Shown piece by piece: positions 1 through 8,418 of a stretch of DNA of 39,349 nt; position 1 is the stretch's first letter, and each line of letters begins with the position of its first letter. Under the pieces are notes generated by a model. It did no database searches and was not told the DNA's origin. It saw only the letters and a list, made by a program, of their open reading frames with translations. The stretch spans positions 1 through 39,349 of the forward strand of contig CAMWPF010000001.1 of the NCBI GenBank assembly GCA_947176045.1. The letters run 5' to 3'. Made by a program: the position numbers and the translations under genes. Origin of the DNA: an uncultured Treponema sp. GTDB lineage: Bacteria > Spirochaetota > Spirochaetia > Treponematales > Treponemataceae.

Positions 1-1071
1 TTCATGTTCGCAGTCCTCGGCGCCGTCCTCACGGTCGTCCTTGAATGCTTTGCCGAAGGAATCGTCGCCGCGCTGCGCGTGCCGCCGGAATCAACCGCCA
101 AGACGACGCTCTATCTGCGGATCTGCTCCGGCGGAATCTTCGTCATCATCGCCTACAACGTGATCAGCGGCATCCTCCGCGGCGTCGGCAATGCGAACCT
201 TCCGTTCCTGTTCGTCGGAATCGCCTGCGCCGTCAACATCGCCGGCGACCTCGTCCTCGTCGGAATCTTCCAGATGGACGTCGCAGGGGCGGCCATCGCG
301 ACAGTCGGCGCGCAGCTTGTATCCGTCGCCGCCTCGCTCCTGATCCTCCGCCGCCAGAACCTTCCGATTTCATTTTCCAGAAGGCAGTGCCGCATCCACG
401 AAAACGAACTGCGGATGATTCTCGCCGTCGGCATTCCGATTGCCTTGCAGGAGGCGACCGTGGAATTTTCGTTCCTCGTCGTCAACTCAATCGTCAACCA
501 CATGGGGCTTATGCCGTCCGCAGGCTACGGCGTCGCGCAGAAAATCGTCTCGTTCATCATGCTCGTTCCCGCGACCATCATGCAGACCGTCTCCGCCTTC
601 GTCGCGCAGAACATCGGCGCGGAAAAGCCCGAACGCGCGCGGAGCGGCTTCCTGACGGCGATGCTCGCCGGATGCACGGCAGGACTTGCCATCTTCTCCG
701 CAGGATTCTTCGGCGGCGCGCGCATTTCCGCGCTCTTCACAAGCGACCCGGCCGTCATCGCCCAAAGCTTCGACTATCTGCGCGGCTTTTCAGCGGACTG
801 CATCTTCACCTGCATCCTGTTCTCCTGCTGCGGCTACCTGAACGGCTGCGGCAGGAGCATTCCCGTGATGATCCAGGGAATCACGTCCGCGCTCTGCGTC
901 CGCCTGCCCGTCGCGCTCCTCGCCTCGCGCCTGCCGGACGCGTCGCTGATGCCCGTCGGATTCGCGACGCCGGTTTCGACCATCTACGGAATCATCTTCT
1001 TCGCAATCTGCTTCGCCTATTTCCGCCGGAAGGACGCGCAGGACGGCAGAACCTCCGCCACAGCAGACTGA
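1..1071 (+). CDS. MATE family efflux transporter (5'-truncated by the window edge)
   Basis: Frame is open from base 1. Many hydrophobic TM segments with MATE-type motifs: 'ILRGVGNANLP', 'NIAGDLVLV...VAGAAIATVGAQ', 'AFVAQNIGA', 'YLNGCG'. Stop TGA at 1069-1071. Confidence 0.9.
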   Translation, partial: FMFAVLGAVLTVVLECFAEGIVAALRVPPESTAKTTLYLRICSGGIFVIIAYNVISGILRGVGNANLPFLFVGIACAVNIAGDLVLVGIFQMDVAGAAIATVGAQLVSVAASLLILRRQNLPISFSRRQCRIHENELRMILAVGIPIALQEATVEFSFLVVNSIVNHMGLMPSAGYGVAQKIVSFIMLVPATIMQTVSAFVAQNIGAEKPERARSGFLTAMLAGCTAGLAIFSAGFFGGARISALFTSDPAVIAQSFDYLRGFSADCIFTCILFSCCGYLNGCGRSIPVMIQGITSALCVRLPVALLASRLPDASLMPVGFATPVSTIYGIIFFAICFAYFRRKDAQDGRTSATAD

Positions 1072-1305
1072 CCGCCCCGCATTTTGATTTGGACGGAGCG
1101 GCCGCGCTTCCGGCTGCTCCGGGCTTCCCTTGCGGTCGGCGCGCGGCGGAAGACGGAACGCCGTGCCGGGCGCGCAGTCCACGCGGAAAGCCAGTCTGCC
1201 CTCCAAGCGCCAAGCGCCGCGCGCACGCTCCGCGTCCCTGCGCATCCGGCGTAGGCTGCTCCTCCGGCGCGCTCCGCGCGCCGTACCGCCGCCGGCAGCG
1301 CGCCC

Positions 1306-1337
1306 AAAACAAAACCGGGCTGCCTTCCGGCAGCCCG
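1306..1337 (-). terminator. Intrinsic terminator of the putative outer-membrane protein gene
   Basis: Minus strand reads CGGGCTGCC-GGAA-GGCAGCCCG (9-bp stem, GNRA loop) followed by GTTTTGTTTT, about 25 nt after the stop at 1362. Confidence 0.8.
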
Positions 1338-1361
1338 CATACGCGCAGTTCCAGCGCCGCG

Positions 1362-2534
1362 CTACTTCTTGCTGATAATCTTGTATTCCCACGAAATCGG
1401 GAACGAGAACGACTTCAAGCCGTCCATTTCCGTTCCCGGCTGGTCCTGGAAATTCAAGCGGACGCCCGCCTTGAACGTTCCGAAATTGTGCGGCAGCTTG
1501 TACTTAATGTACGGATACGCCTGCACGACCGTATCTTCCGCGCCGAGCATCGACTTGACAATCGACTCAAGCGAAAGGGAGATGGCTTCCGTAACGTTCA
1601 CCGTCGCCCGCACCATCGCCTGGAACGGAACGCCGTCATCCGTATATTCTTCCGTGTCTCCGTCGCTGTTGATATACTCATTGGAAAGCCCGGAAATCAA
1701 GTCGAGGTACAGTCCGAATCCTGCGTCCACGAACGTGTATCCGGCGGAAAACTGGAGCGCGGTCTTTGAAGATTTATAGAAGAAGTCGTTCTCAGCCGCA
1801 TTCCAGACGAATCCCGCGTTGAGCGTCAGATTGTCCACCGCCTTCAATCCGGCGAAGACGCCGCTCGTAAACGCCTTCTCGCTGGTAACGTTCTGGAACG
1901 TCGCGCCGATGGAGACGGCGTTCGCAATCAGCCAGTCGATGCCGAAGTCGAAGCCGAGGTTGTCCATATTGTCAAGCTTCCCCGTCGGGCTGAAGCTTCC
2001 CGTAAGCGTCAGTCCGACAGGAATCTTTCCCGTAACGGACAGGCCGCTCCGAATCATGCGCCCCCACGCCGGAACATCCGCCGCCGCAGGAAGGTACGCG
2101 CCGCCGAGCGTCGTCTTCAAGAAGTACTGGTTTCCGAATCCGAACGCCACATATTCCACCGGAATGAAGCGCGCATATCCCTGAAAATAGATTAAAGGAG
2201 CGTCTCCCTTTCCATTTCCGCCGCCCGTATTCCATCCGCCGCTGCCAAGCGCCGGCGTCTGAAGCCGCAGCCGGAGCCGTCCGTCGAACTTTGCCGATAC
2301 GAAGTCGAACTGCAGGCGGTCGCCGGCAATCGCGCTGGGAGAGAAGACGTCGTCGTCCGCCGGATTTTTCAGATCTTCATCAGTCCCCTTGTCATCAAAC
2401 CGGCTGAACGTAATCATGTCGCTCGTCGCGACGTCGTCATAATCGCCGCCGAACGTGTTCGTCAGCGTCATTGTCTGCGCGCCGGCCGCATAACACAGCG
2501 CTCCTGCCGCAATCATGCCCAAAATCTTCTTCAT
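1362..2534 (-). CDS. Secreted putative outer-membrane beta-barrel protein (390 aa)
   Basis: Start reassigned to ATG 2534 with a GGAGGA RBS at 2538-2543. Signal peptide MKKILGMIAAGALCYAAGA|Q. Many alternating amphipathic strands (FDFGIDW, LTLNAGFVWN, LQFSAGYTF, YPYIKYKL, FKAGVRLNF, FSFPISWEY). Confidence 0.7.
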   Translation of the reverse strand: MKKILGMIAAGALCYAAGAQTMTLTNTFGGDYDDVATSDMITFSRFDDKGTDEDLKNPADDDVFSPSAIAGDRLQFDFVSAKFDGRLRLRLQTPALGSGGWNTGGGNGKGDAPLIYFQGYARFIPVEYVAFGFGNQYFLKTTLGGAYLPAAADVPAWGRMIRSGLSVTGKIPVGLTLTGSFSPTGKLDNMDNLGFDFGIDWLIANAVSIGATFQNVTSEKAFTSGVFAGLKAVDNLTLNAGFVWNAAENDFFYKSSKTALQFSAGYTFVDAGFGLYLDLISGLSNEYINSDGDTEEYTDDGVPFQAMVRATVNVTEAISLSLESIVKSMLGAEDTVVQAYPYIKYKLPHNFGTFKAGVRLNFQDQPGTEMDGLKSFSFPISWEYKIISKK

Positions 2535-2818
2535 ATTTCCTCCTGTTTTACTGAGCGAACGCATACATGGGAACATGCAACAAAAAGCGCCGGGATTTTG
2601 CAACAAACTGTAAAACCGGGAAGCCGTTTCCGCCAGCGCAATTCATAAATGAGAAGCTGTCTCCCTGATGCGCCTCAGATAAAATATGAATTTTGCAAAC
2701 TATATCCTAGACACAATTCATTGTCAATCAAGCGGACGATTTCAAAACGAGCGGATCAAAGCATGAAGCAGTCATTTCTCGACGAAAGCAGCAAGCCATT
2801 CTGAAGGCAAAACAGGTC

Positions 2819-2913
2819 CTTAGGGCGCCAGCCCTAAGCGGTGCTGGGGAAGATGGGAGGTCTGGAGGGAAGAAACCCCCGCTTCCGAAGTAGAGGGGTT
2901 TCTTCCCTCCAGA
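2819..2913. repeat. Tandem palindromes (8-bp and 19-bp perfect stems), REP/MITE-like element
   Basis: CTTAGGGC-gcca-GCCCTAAG at 2819-2838. TCTGGAGGGAAGAAACCCC (2861-2879) is the exact reverse complement of GGGGTTTCTTCCCTCCAGA (2895-2913). Confidence 0.75.
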
Positions 2914-2928
2914 AATATTCTCCAGAAG

Positions 2929-2957
2929 TTGCACGAAACCCCGTTGTGTGCTATCCT
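2929..2957 (+). promoter_or_regulatory. sigma70-type promoter of the rib operon
   Basis: TTGCAC (2929-2934), 17-bp spacer, then extended -10 TG-c-TATCCT (2952-2957), placing the start just before the riboswitch. Confidence 0.65.
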
Positions 2958-2970
2958 TGTCGGGAAATTG

Positions 2971-3092
2971 AATCTTCAGGGCGGGGCGCGATTCCCCACC
3001 GGCTGTATGCGTTCACGCGCGAGCCAGCGAGCCGCAAGGCATGACATGGTGCGATTCCATGGCCGACAGTATAGTCTGGATGAAAGAAGATG
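2971..3092 (+). ncRNA. FMN riboswitch (RFN element)
   Basis: Matches the RFN pattern: ATCTTCAGGGCGGGGCGCGATTCCCCACCGGCTGTA ... GAGC ... GACATGGTGCGATTCCATGGCCGACAGTATAGTCTGGATGAAAGAAGAT. P1 is ATCTTC/GAAGAT. Lies directly upstream of ribD. Confidence 0.95.
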
Positions 3093-3127
3093 CGCGCGGC
3101 AGGCTTCCGCGCCTTGTTCCGCACGAC

Positions 3128-3152
3128 GCCCTGAACAGCCGGGGCTTTTTTT
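3128..3152 (+). terminator. Riboswitch expression-platform terminator
   Basis: GCCCTG-aacagc-CGGGGC stem (one G-U pair) followed by T7 (3146-3152), directly before the ribD ATG at 3153. Confidence 0.7.
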
Positions 3153-4337
3153 ATGTCTGAACCATTCATTCCATCCGAATCCATGATGCGCCGCGCAATC
3201 AGCCTTGCGCAGAACGGCGCCGGACGGACGAATCCGAACCCGCTCGTCGGAGCCGTCATCGAAAAGGACGGACGCATTCTGGGTGAAGGCTTCCACCGCG
3301 AGTGCGGAAGCCTCCATGCGGAGCGGGAGGCGCTTGCTGACGCGGCTTCCCGCCGGGAAGACGTCCGCGGCGCAACGATGTACGTTACGCTGGAGCCGTG
3401 CTGCCACTTCGGACGCCAGCCGCCCTGCACGGACGCAATCATCGGGGCTGGAATCGCGCGCGTCGTCGTCGGCTCCCGCGATCCGAATCCCGCCGTCTCC
3501 GGGAAGGGCGCCGCCTTCCTGCGCGCGCACGGCGCGGACGTCGTCGGGGACTTCCTGCGGACGGAGTGCGACGCCCTCAATCCGATTTTCTTTCACTTCA
3601 TCACGACGGGAACGCCGTACGTCGCCCTCAAGTACGCCATGACCGCCGACGGAAAGATTGCCACGCGAACCGGGGACTCCAAATGGATTTCGTCGGACGA
3701 ATCGCGCGCCCATGTACAGGAGCTTCGGAACCGATACGCCGGAATTCTGGCCGGAATCGGCACCGTCCTCGCCGACGACCCGCTGCTCACGTGCCGGATG
3801 CCCGGCGGAACCAATCCGCTGCGGATTGTCTGCGACAGCTCGCTGAGGATTCCGGCGGAAAGCGCCATCTTGCGGACGGCGCGCGAAATTCCGACGCTGG
3901 TGGTCGGCGCGCGGCAGTCGGACGCGGAGCAATCCCGCGGGCAGGACGAACGGCGGCGGAAGATAGAATCCCGCGGCGCGGAAGTCTGGCTCGCTCCGGC
4001 GGAGCCGGACGGAACGGCGTCGCTTTCCGCGCTCTGCCGGGAGCTTGGCGCGCGGAACATCGACAGCGTCCTGATAGAAGGCGGCGCGCGCATCCACTAC
4101 AGCGCGCTTGCAGCAGGAATCGTCCGGCGGATATACTGCTACATCGCCCCGAAAGTGTTCGGCGGCGCGGCGGCGAAATCCCCGGTCGGCGGCATCGGCG
4201 TCGAGCGCCCGGCGGACGGATTCGCCTTCACAACTGCCGGCGTCCGGCGCATCGGCGGCGACGTCCTCATCGAATACGAACCTGCCGGCGGCGCAGGAAG
4301 CGCTGCGGAAGGCGGCACAAAAAGCGGGGTGCAGTGA
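3153..4337 (+). CDS. ribD: Bifunctional diaminohydroxyphosphoribosylaminopyrimidine deaminase / 5-amino-6-(5-phosphoribosylamino)uracil reductase
   Basis: 'PNPLVGAVI', 'HAE', 'TLEPCCHFGRQPPC' Zn-deaminase motifs; 'KYAMTADGKIA', 'GIGTVLADDPLLT', 'VLIEGG' reductase motifs. Alternative start at ATG 3183. Confidence 0.97.
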   Translation: MSEPFIPSESMMRRAISLAQNGAGRTNPNPLVGAVIEKDGRILGEGFHRECGSLHAEREALADAASRREDVRGATMYVTLEPCCHFGRQPPCTDAIIGAGIARVVVGSRDPNPAVSGKGAAFLRAHGADVVGDFLRTECDALNPIFFHFITTGTPYVALKYAMTADGKIATRTGDSKWISSDESRAHVQELRNRYAGILAGIGTVLADDPLLTCRMPGGTNPLRIVCDSSLRIPAESAILRTAREIPTLVVGARQSDAEQSRGQDERRRKIESRGAEVWLAPAEPDGTASLSALCRELGARNIDSVLIEGGARIHYSALAAGIVRRIYCYIAPKVFGGAAAKSPVGGIGVERPADGFAFTTAGVRRIGGDVLIEYEPAGGAGSAAEGGTKSGVQ

Positions 4338-5005
4338 TGTTCACAGGAATTATCGAAGAAATCGGAAAAATCACCGGCTCCGCGCTGCGCGGCGATTCCG
4401 GCAGCATTTCAATTGCGGCGCGGGACGTGCTGGACGGAACGAAGATCGGCGACAGCATCGCCGTCAACGGCGTCTGCCTGACCGTTACAAGAATCACGGA
4501 CGGCGGCTTCACGGCGGACGTCATGGCGGAAACGCTCCGGCGCTCCAACCTCGGCTCGCTCCGCGCCGGGAGCGCCGTCAACTTGGAGCGCGCGCTTGCG
4601 GCGGACGGACGGTTCGGCGGACACATCGTCTCAGGACATATCGACGGAACGGGAACCGTTTCGGAATTCCGCCCGGAAGGAAACGCCGTCTGGCTGACAG
4701 TCGCCGCGCCGACGGAAATCCTCGCGCTGACCGTCGAAAAAGGCTCCATCGCCATCGACGGCGCAAGCCTCACCGTCGCAGATGTCGGCGGAAGCGGCTT
4801 TTCAGTCTCGCTCATTCCGCATACGGCGGCGCGGACGACGCTGCTTTCAAAAAAAATCGGCGGCATCGTAAATCTGGAAGCCGACATCATCGGAAAATAC
4901 GTCCAGAAGCTGCTCCGCGCTGAATCTCCGCCCGAAGCCTCCGGCGCGCGCGGCGGATGTTCCGGCGGAATCACGGAAGAACTGCTGAAACAGTGCGGAT
5001 TTTGA
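4337..5005 (+). CDS. ribE: Riboflavin synthase (alpha chain)
   Basis: Starts with the canonical MFTGIIEEIG at ATG 4337, overlapping the ribD stop (TGATG). 'GDSIAVNGVCLTV', 'GGHIVSGHIDG', 'KGSIAIDGASLTV'. Confidence 0.97.
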   Translation: MFTGIIEEIGKITGSALRGDSGSISIAARDVLDGTKIGDSIAVNGVCLTVTRITDGGFTADVMAETLRRSNLGSLRAGSAVNLERALAADGRFGGHIVSGHIDGTGTVSEFRPEGNAVWLTVAAPTEILALTVEKGSIAIDGASLTVADVGGSGFSVSLIPHTAARTTLLSKKIGGIVNLEADIIGKYVQKLLRAESPPEASGARGGCSGGITEELLKQCGF

Positions 5006-5052
5006 ACGCATCCGCTTTTTTTCGTATCTTTAAGGCATGACAGGAGGACAAA

Positions 5053-6300
5053 ATGCCCGGACAGTACAATACAATCGAGGAAGCGCTGGAAGACTTGCGG
5101 AACGGACGCATCATCCTTGCGACCGACGATCCTGACCGCGAGAACGAAGGCGACATGATCTGCGCGGCGGAATTCGCGACGCAGGAGAACGTGAACATCA
5201 TGGCGACGCACGCGAAGGGGCTTATCTGCACGCCGATGAGCGCGGAAATCGCGGCGCGGCTGGGGCTGCCGCCGATGGTCGCGGAAAACACCGACAACCA
5301 CGAAACCGCCTTCACCGTCTCCATCGACCATGCCTCCACGACGACTGGAATTTCCGCCGCGGAACGCTCCATAACGGCGCGCGCCTGCGCCGACGCGCGC
5401 TCCACGCCGCAGGACTTCCGCCGCCCGGGGCATATGTTCCCGCTGACCGCGCGGCGCGGCGGCGTCCTCGTCCGGAACGGACACACCGAAGCGACTGTCG
5501 ATTTGTGCCGCCTCGCCGGGCTTGCCGAATGCGGCATCTGCTGCGAAATCATGGACGACGACGGAACGATGATGCGGACTCCGAAGCTTCACAAGCTGGC
5601 GGAAGCATACGGCTTCAAGTTCATCACCATCAAGGCGCTGCAGGACTACTGCCGCGTCCACGAAAAGCACGTCGTCCGCGAGGCGGCGGCAAACCTTCCC
5701 ACCGAATACGGCGACTTCACGATTTACGGCTACGTGAACGACATCACCGGCGAACACCATGTCGCGCTCGTCAAGGGCAACGTCGGCGACGGAACGGACG
5801 TCCTCTGCCGCGTCCATTCCGAATGCCTCACCGGCGATGTCTTCGGCTCCCGGCGGTGCGACTGCGGCCCGCAGCTTCAGGCGGCGATGCGCCAGATTGA
5901 AAAGGAGGGGCGCGGCATCCTGCTCTATATGCGGCAGGAGGGACGCGGCATCGGACTGATAAACAAGCTCAAGACGTATATGCTTCAGGAAGAAGGCTAC
6001 GACACCGTGGAAGCGAACATCAAGCTCGGATTCAAGCCGGACTTGCGGGAATACTGGATCGGCGCGCAGATCCTCCGCGACCTCGGCGTGAAGACGCTCC
6101 GGCTGCTGACGAACAATCCCGGCAAAGTCTACGGACTGGACGGCTTCGGACTGCGCGTCGCCGAACGCCTTCCCATCGAAATCGCGCCGCAGCAATACGA
6201 CAGCTTCTATCTGCGGACAAAGAAAGAGAAGATGGGGCATATCCTGACGAACCTTTCGGGCGGCGCGGACAGCGGAAGCGCCACGGCGGAAAAACTATGA
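5053..6300 (+). CDS. ribBA: Bifunctional 3,4-dihydroxy-2-butanone-4-phosphate synthase / GTP cyclohydrolase II
   Basis: AGGAGG RBS. '[10 protein letters not shown]', 'RPGHMFPL', 'GHTEA', '[20 protein letters not shown]', 'QEGRGIGL', 'LLTNNP'. Confidence 0.97.
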   Translation: MPGQYNTIEEALEDLRNGRIILATDDPDRENEGDMICAAEFATQENVNIMATHAKGLICTPMSAEIAARLGLPPMVAENTDNHETAFTVSIDHASTTTGISAAERSITARACADARSTPQDFRRPGHMFPLTARRGGVLVRNGHTEATVDLCRLAGLAECGICCEIMDDDGTMMRTPKLHKLAEAYGFKFITIKALQDYCRVHEKHVVREAAANLPTEYGDFTIYGYVNDITGEHHVALVKGNVGDGTDVLCRVHSECLTGDVFGSRRCDCGPQLQAAMRQIEKEGRGILLYMRQEGRGIGLINKLKTYMLQEEGYDTVEANIKLGFKPDLREYWIGAQILRDLGVKTLRLLTNNPGKVYGLDGFGLRVAERLPIEIAPQQYDSFYLRTKKEKMGHILTNLSGGADSGSATAEKL

Positions 6301-6357
6301 AAACGCGCGGAACAAAGCGCCGCGCGGAAAATTCGGATAAAACCAAGGAGGAACAAT

Positions 6358-6822
6358 ATGAAAGTGATTGAAGGAACGCTGGTCGCCCCGGCGGGAATGA
6401 AAGTCGGAATCGTGGCGTCGCGGTTCAATGAAATCATCGTGAGCAGGCTGCTCGGCGGCGCGCGGGACGGGCTGGTGCGCCACGGCGTCGAGGAGGACAA
6501 CATCACCGCCGTCTGGGTTCCCGGCGCGTTTGAAATCCCCGCCGCCGCCGGCAAAATGGCGGCGTCCGGCGCGTATGACGCCGTAATCTGCGTCGGCGCG
6601 GTCATCCGCGGCTCCACAAGCCATTACGACTATGTGTGCAATGAAGTTTCAAAAGGAATCGCGCAGGTCGGCATGAAGACCGGCGTCCCCGTCCTGTTCG
6701 GCATCCTGACGACCGAAAACATCGAGCAGGCAATCGAGCGGGCGGGCAGCAAGGCCGGCAACAAAGGCTACGACTGCGCCCTGTCCGCCATCGAAATGGT
6801 GAACGTCCTGCGCCACATCTGA
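6358..6822 (+). CDS. ribH: 6,7-dimethyl-8-ribityllumazine synthase
   Basis: AGGAGG RBS. 'SRFNEII', 'VPGAFEIP', '[14 protein letters not shown]', '[14 protein letters not shown]'. Confidence 0.98.
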   Translation: MKVIEGTLVAPAGMKVGIVASRFNEIIVSRLLGGARDGLVRHGVEEDNITAVWVPGAFEIPAAAGKMAASGAYDAVICVGAVIRGSTSHYDYVCNEVSKGIAQVGMKTGVPVLFGILTTENIEQAIERAGSKAGNKGYDCALSAIEMVNVLRHI

Positions 6823-6883
6823 CGCGAAACGCCGCGCGGAGAAGCCATTTCCGCGCAGCCGTGCGCCGCGCGTCCGCGGAATT

Positions 6884-8386
6884 TCAGTCCGCCATCGCCT
6901 TGAATCGGTCGAAGCTGGCGAGCATTTCCCCGTCCTTTTCCTTCTGGCACGCGCTGAAGATGACGGCAAAAATCAGGCAGACGACGAAGCCCGGAAGGAT
7001 TTCGTACACGTCGAAAATGCCGCCCGACATATTGTGCCACGCGATGACGGTCGCGCCGCCGGCAACCAGTCCGGCGATGGCGCCGTTCCTCGTCATTCCG
7101 CGCCAGAACAGCGCCAGCAGGATGATCGGTCCGAACGTCGCGCCGAAGCCCGCCCACGCATAGCTCACGAGCGAGAAGATGGAGCTGTCCGGCTTCAGCG
7201 AAAGCACGTATGCGACCGCCGCAATCACAAAGACGGTTGCACGGCTGATGCGGAGGACTTCCCTTTCAGTCGCGTCCTTTTTCAGCACGCCCTTGAAGAT
7301 GTCGCGGCTGAACGCGGAGGATGCCACGAGCAGCTGCGAGTCCGCGGTGCTCATCGCCGCCGCAAGGATCGCGCACAGGAAGATTCCGGCGACAAATGCC
7401 GGATACATCTGCTGGAGCGCGGCGCTGAAGACAGTTTCCGCGCTGCCCGGCGACAGCACTTCCTTCAGATAGACAGTTCCCATGGATCCGACCACGAACG
7501 CCCCGGCGAACGCCACGACGACCCAGACAGTCGCAATCCTCCGGGACAGCTTGATTTCCTCGTTGGAGCGGATTCCCATAAAGCGCACCAGGATGTGCGG
7601 CATTCCGAAATAGCCAAGCCCCCAGACGAGCGCCGAAACAATCGGAACGATTCCGTAGTTTTGGTTCGCGCGGAATTTTTCCTGCATCACGGCGCTGAAT
7701 TCTCCGCTGACAGCCCGCTCGCCGAACTCGGAGACCTTCGCGAACGCCTCAGCCGGACCGCCGAGCGTCACGGTCATCACGATGCCGGTCAGAAGCAGGG
7801 CGACGAACATCAGAGAGCCTTGAATGAAGTCCGTCGCGCAGACGGCGAGGTAGCCGCCGAGAATCGTATACGCCAGAATCACGACAAGTCCGATGGTCAG
7901 CCCGGCGTGGTACGGCAGCCCGAACACAGAATTGAACAGCTTGGCGCAGGCGACAAATCCGGACGCCGTATAAATCGTAAAGAACAGGACGATGAAAACG
8001 ACGGAAATCGCGGACAGGACGTTCGTCCTATCCCTGAAGCGGTTCGTCAGGAATTCGGGAATCGTGATGGAGTCGCCGAACGCCATCGTGCATTTCCGCA
8101 GCGGCTTGGCAACAATCAGCCAGTTCAGGTATGTTCCGATAATCAGTCCGAGCGACGTCCAGAACGTCTCCTTGACGCCGCCGAGATACGCGACGCCCGG
8201 CAGCCCCATCAAGAGCCAGCCCGACATATCGGACGCCTCCGCGCTCAGCGCCGTCATCCACGGACCGACCTTCCTGCCGCCGATGAAGAAATCGGACGCA
8301 GAACGGTTTTTCTTCATATAGCGCAGTCCGATGAACACCATGAATCCCAAATACAATACGAATGCAACAATCTTCGCGACCACCAC
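6884..8386 (-). CDS. putP: Sodium/proline symporter (SSS family)
   Basis: GTG start with a GGAGG RBS. 'ALSAEASDMSGWLLMGLPG', 'WGLGYFGMPHILVRFM', 'AAAMSTADSQLL', 'AWAGFGATFGP'; about 13 TM segments. Confidence 0.93.
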   Translation of the reverse strand: MVVAKIVAFVLYLGFMVFIGLRYMKKNRSASDFFIGGRKVGPWMTALSAEASDMSGWLLMGLPGVAYLGGVKETFWTSLGLIIGTYLNWLIVAKPLRKCTMAFGDSITIPEFLTNRFRDRTNVLSAISVVFIVLFFTIYTASGFVACAKLFNSVFGLPYHAGLTIGLVVILAYTILGGYLAVCATDFIQGSLMFVALLLTGIVMTVTLGGPAEAFAKVSEFGERAVSGEFSAVMQEKFRANQNYGIVPIVSALVWGLGYFGMPHILVRFMGIRSNEEIKLSRRIATVWVVVAFAGAFVVGSMGTVYLKEVLSPGSAETVFSAALQQMYPAFVAGIFLCAILAAAMSTADSQLLVASSAFSRDIFKGVLKKDATEREVLRISRATVFVIAAVAYVLSLKPDSSIFSLVSYAWAGFGATFGPIILLALFWRGMTRNGAIAGLVAGGATVIAWHNMSGGIFDVYEILPGFVVCLIFAVIFSACQKEKDGEMLASFDRFKAMAD

Positions 8387-8418
8387 GGTCCTCCGTAATG
8401 AAAAAATAACTATTCATT

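Noticed and set aside
1072-1305. Very GC-rich intergenic stretch with short inverted repeats, considered as an ncRNA or CRISPR remnant
   Set aside because: No regular repeat-spacer periodicity or known RNA motif. Short stems are expected by chance at this GC content.
45-1769. 574-aa Arg-rich ORF overlapping the MATE gene
   Set aside because: Off-frame Arg/Pro/Ala-rich translation typical of GC-rich DNA, overlapping two better-supported genes.
3398-4336. Long N-terminal extension of ribE (535-aa ORF), and similar extensions of the GNAT (to 9921), yfcE (to 15453) and ybaB (from 20877)
   Set aside because: The extensions lie inside upstream genes in another frame. Family-typical N-termini with stop/start overlaps or an RBS mark the true starts.
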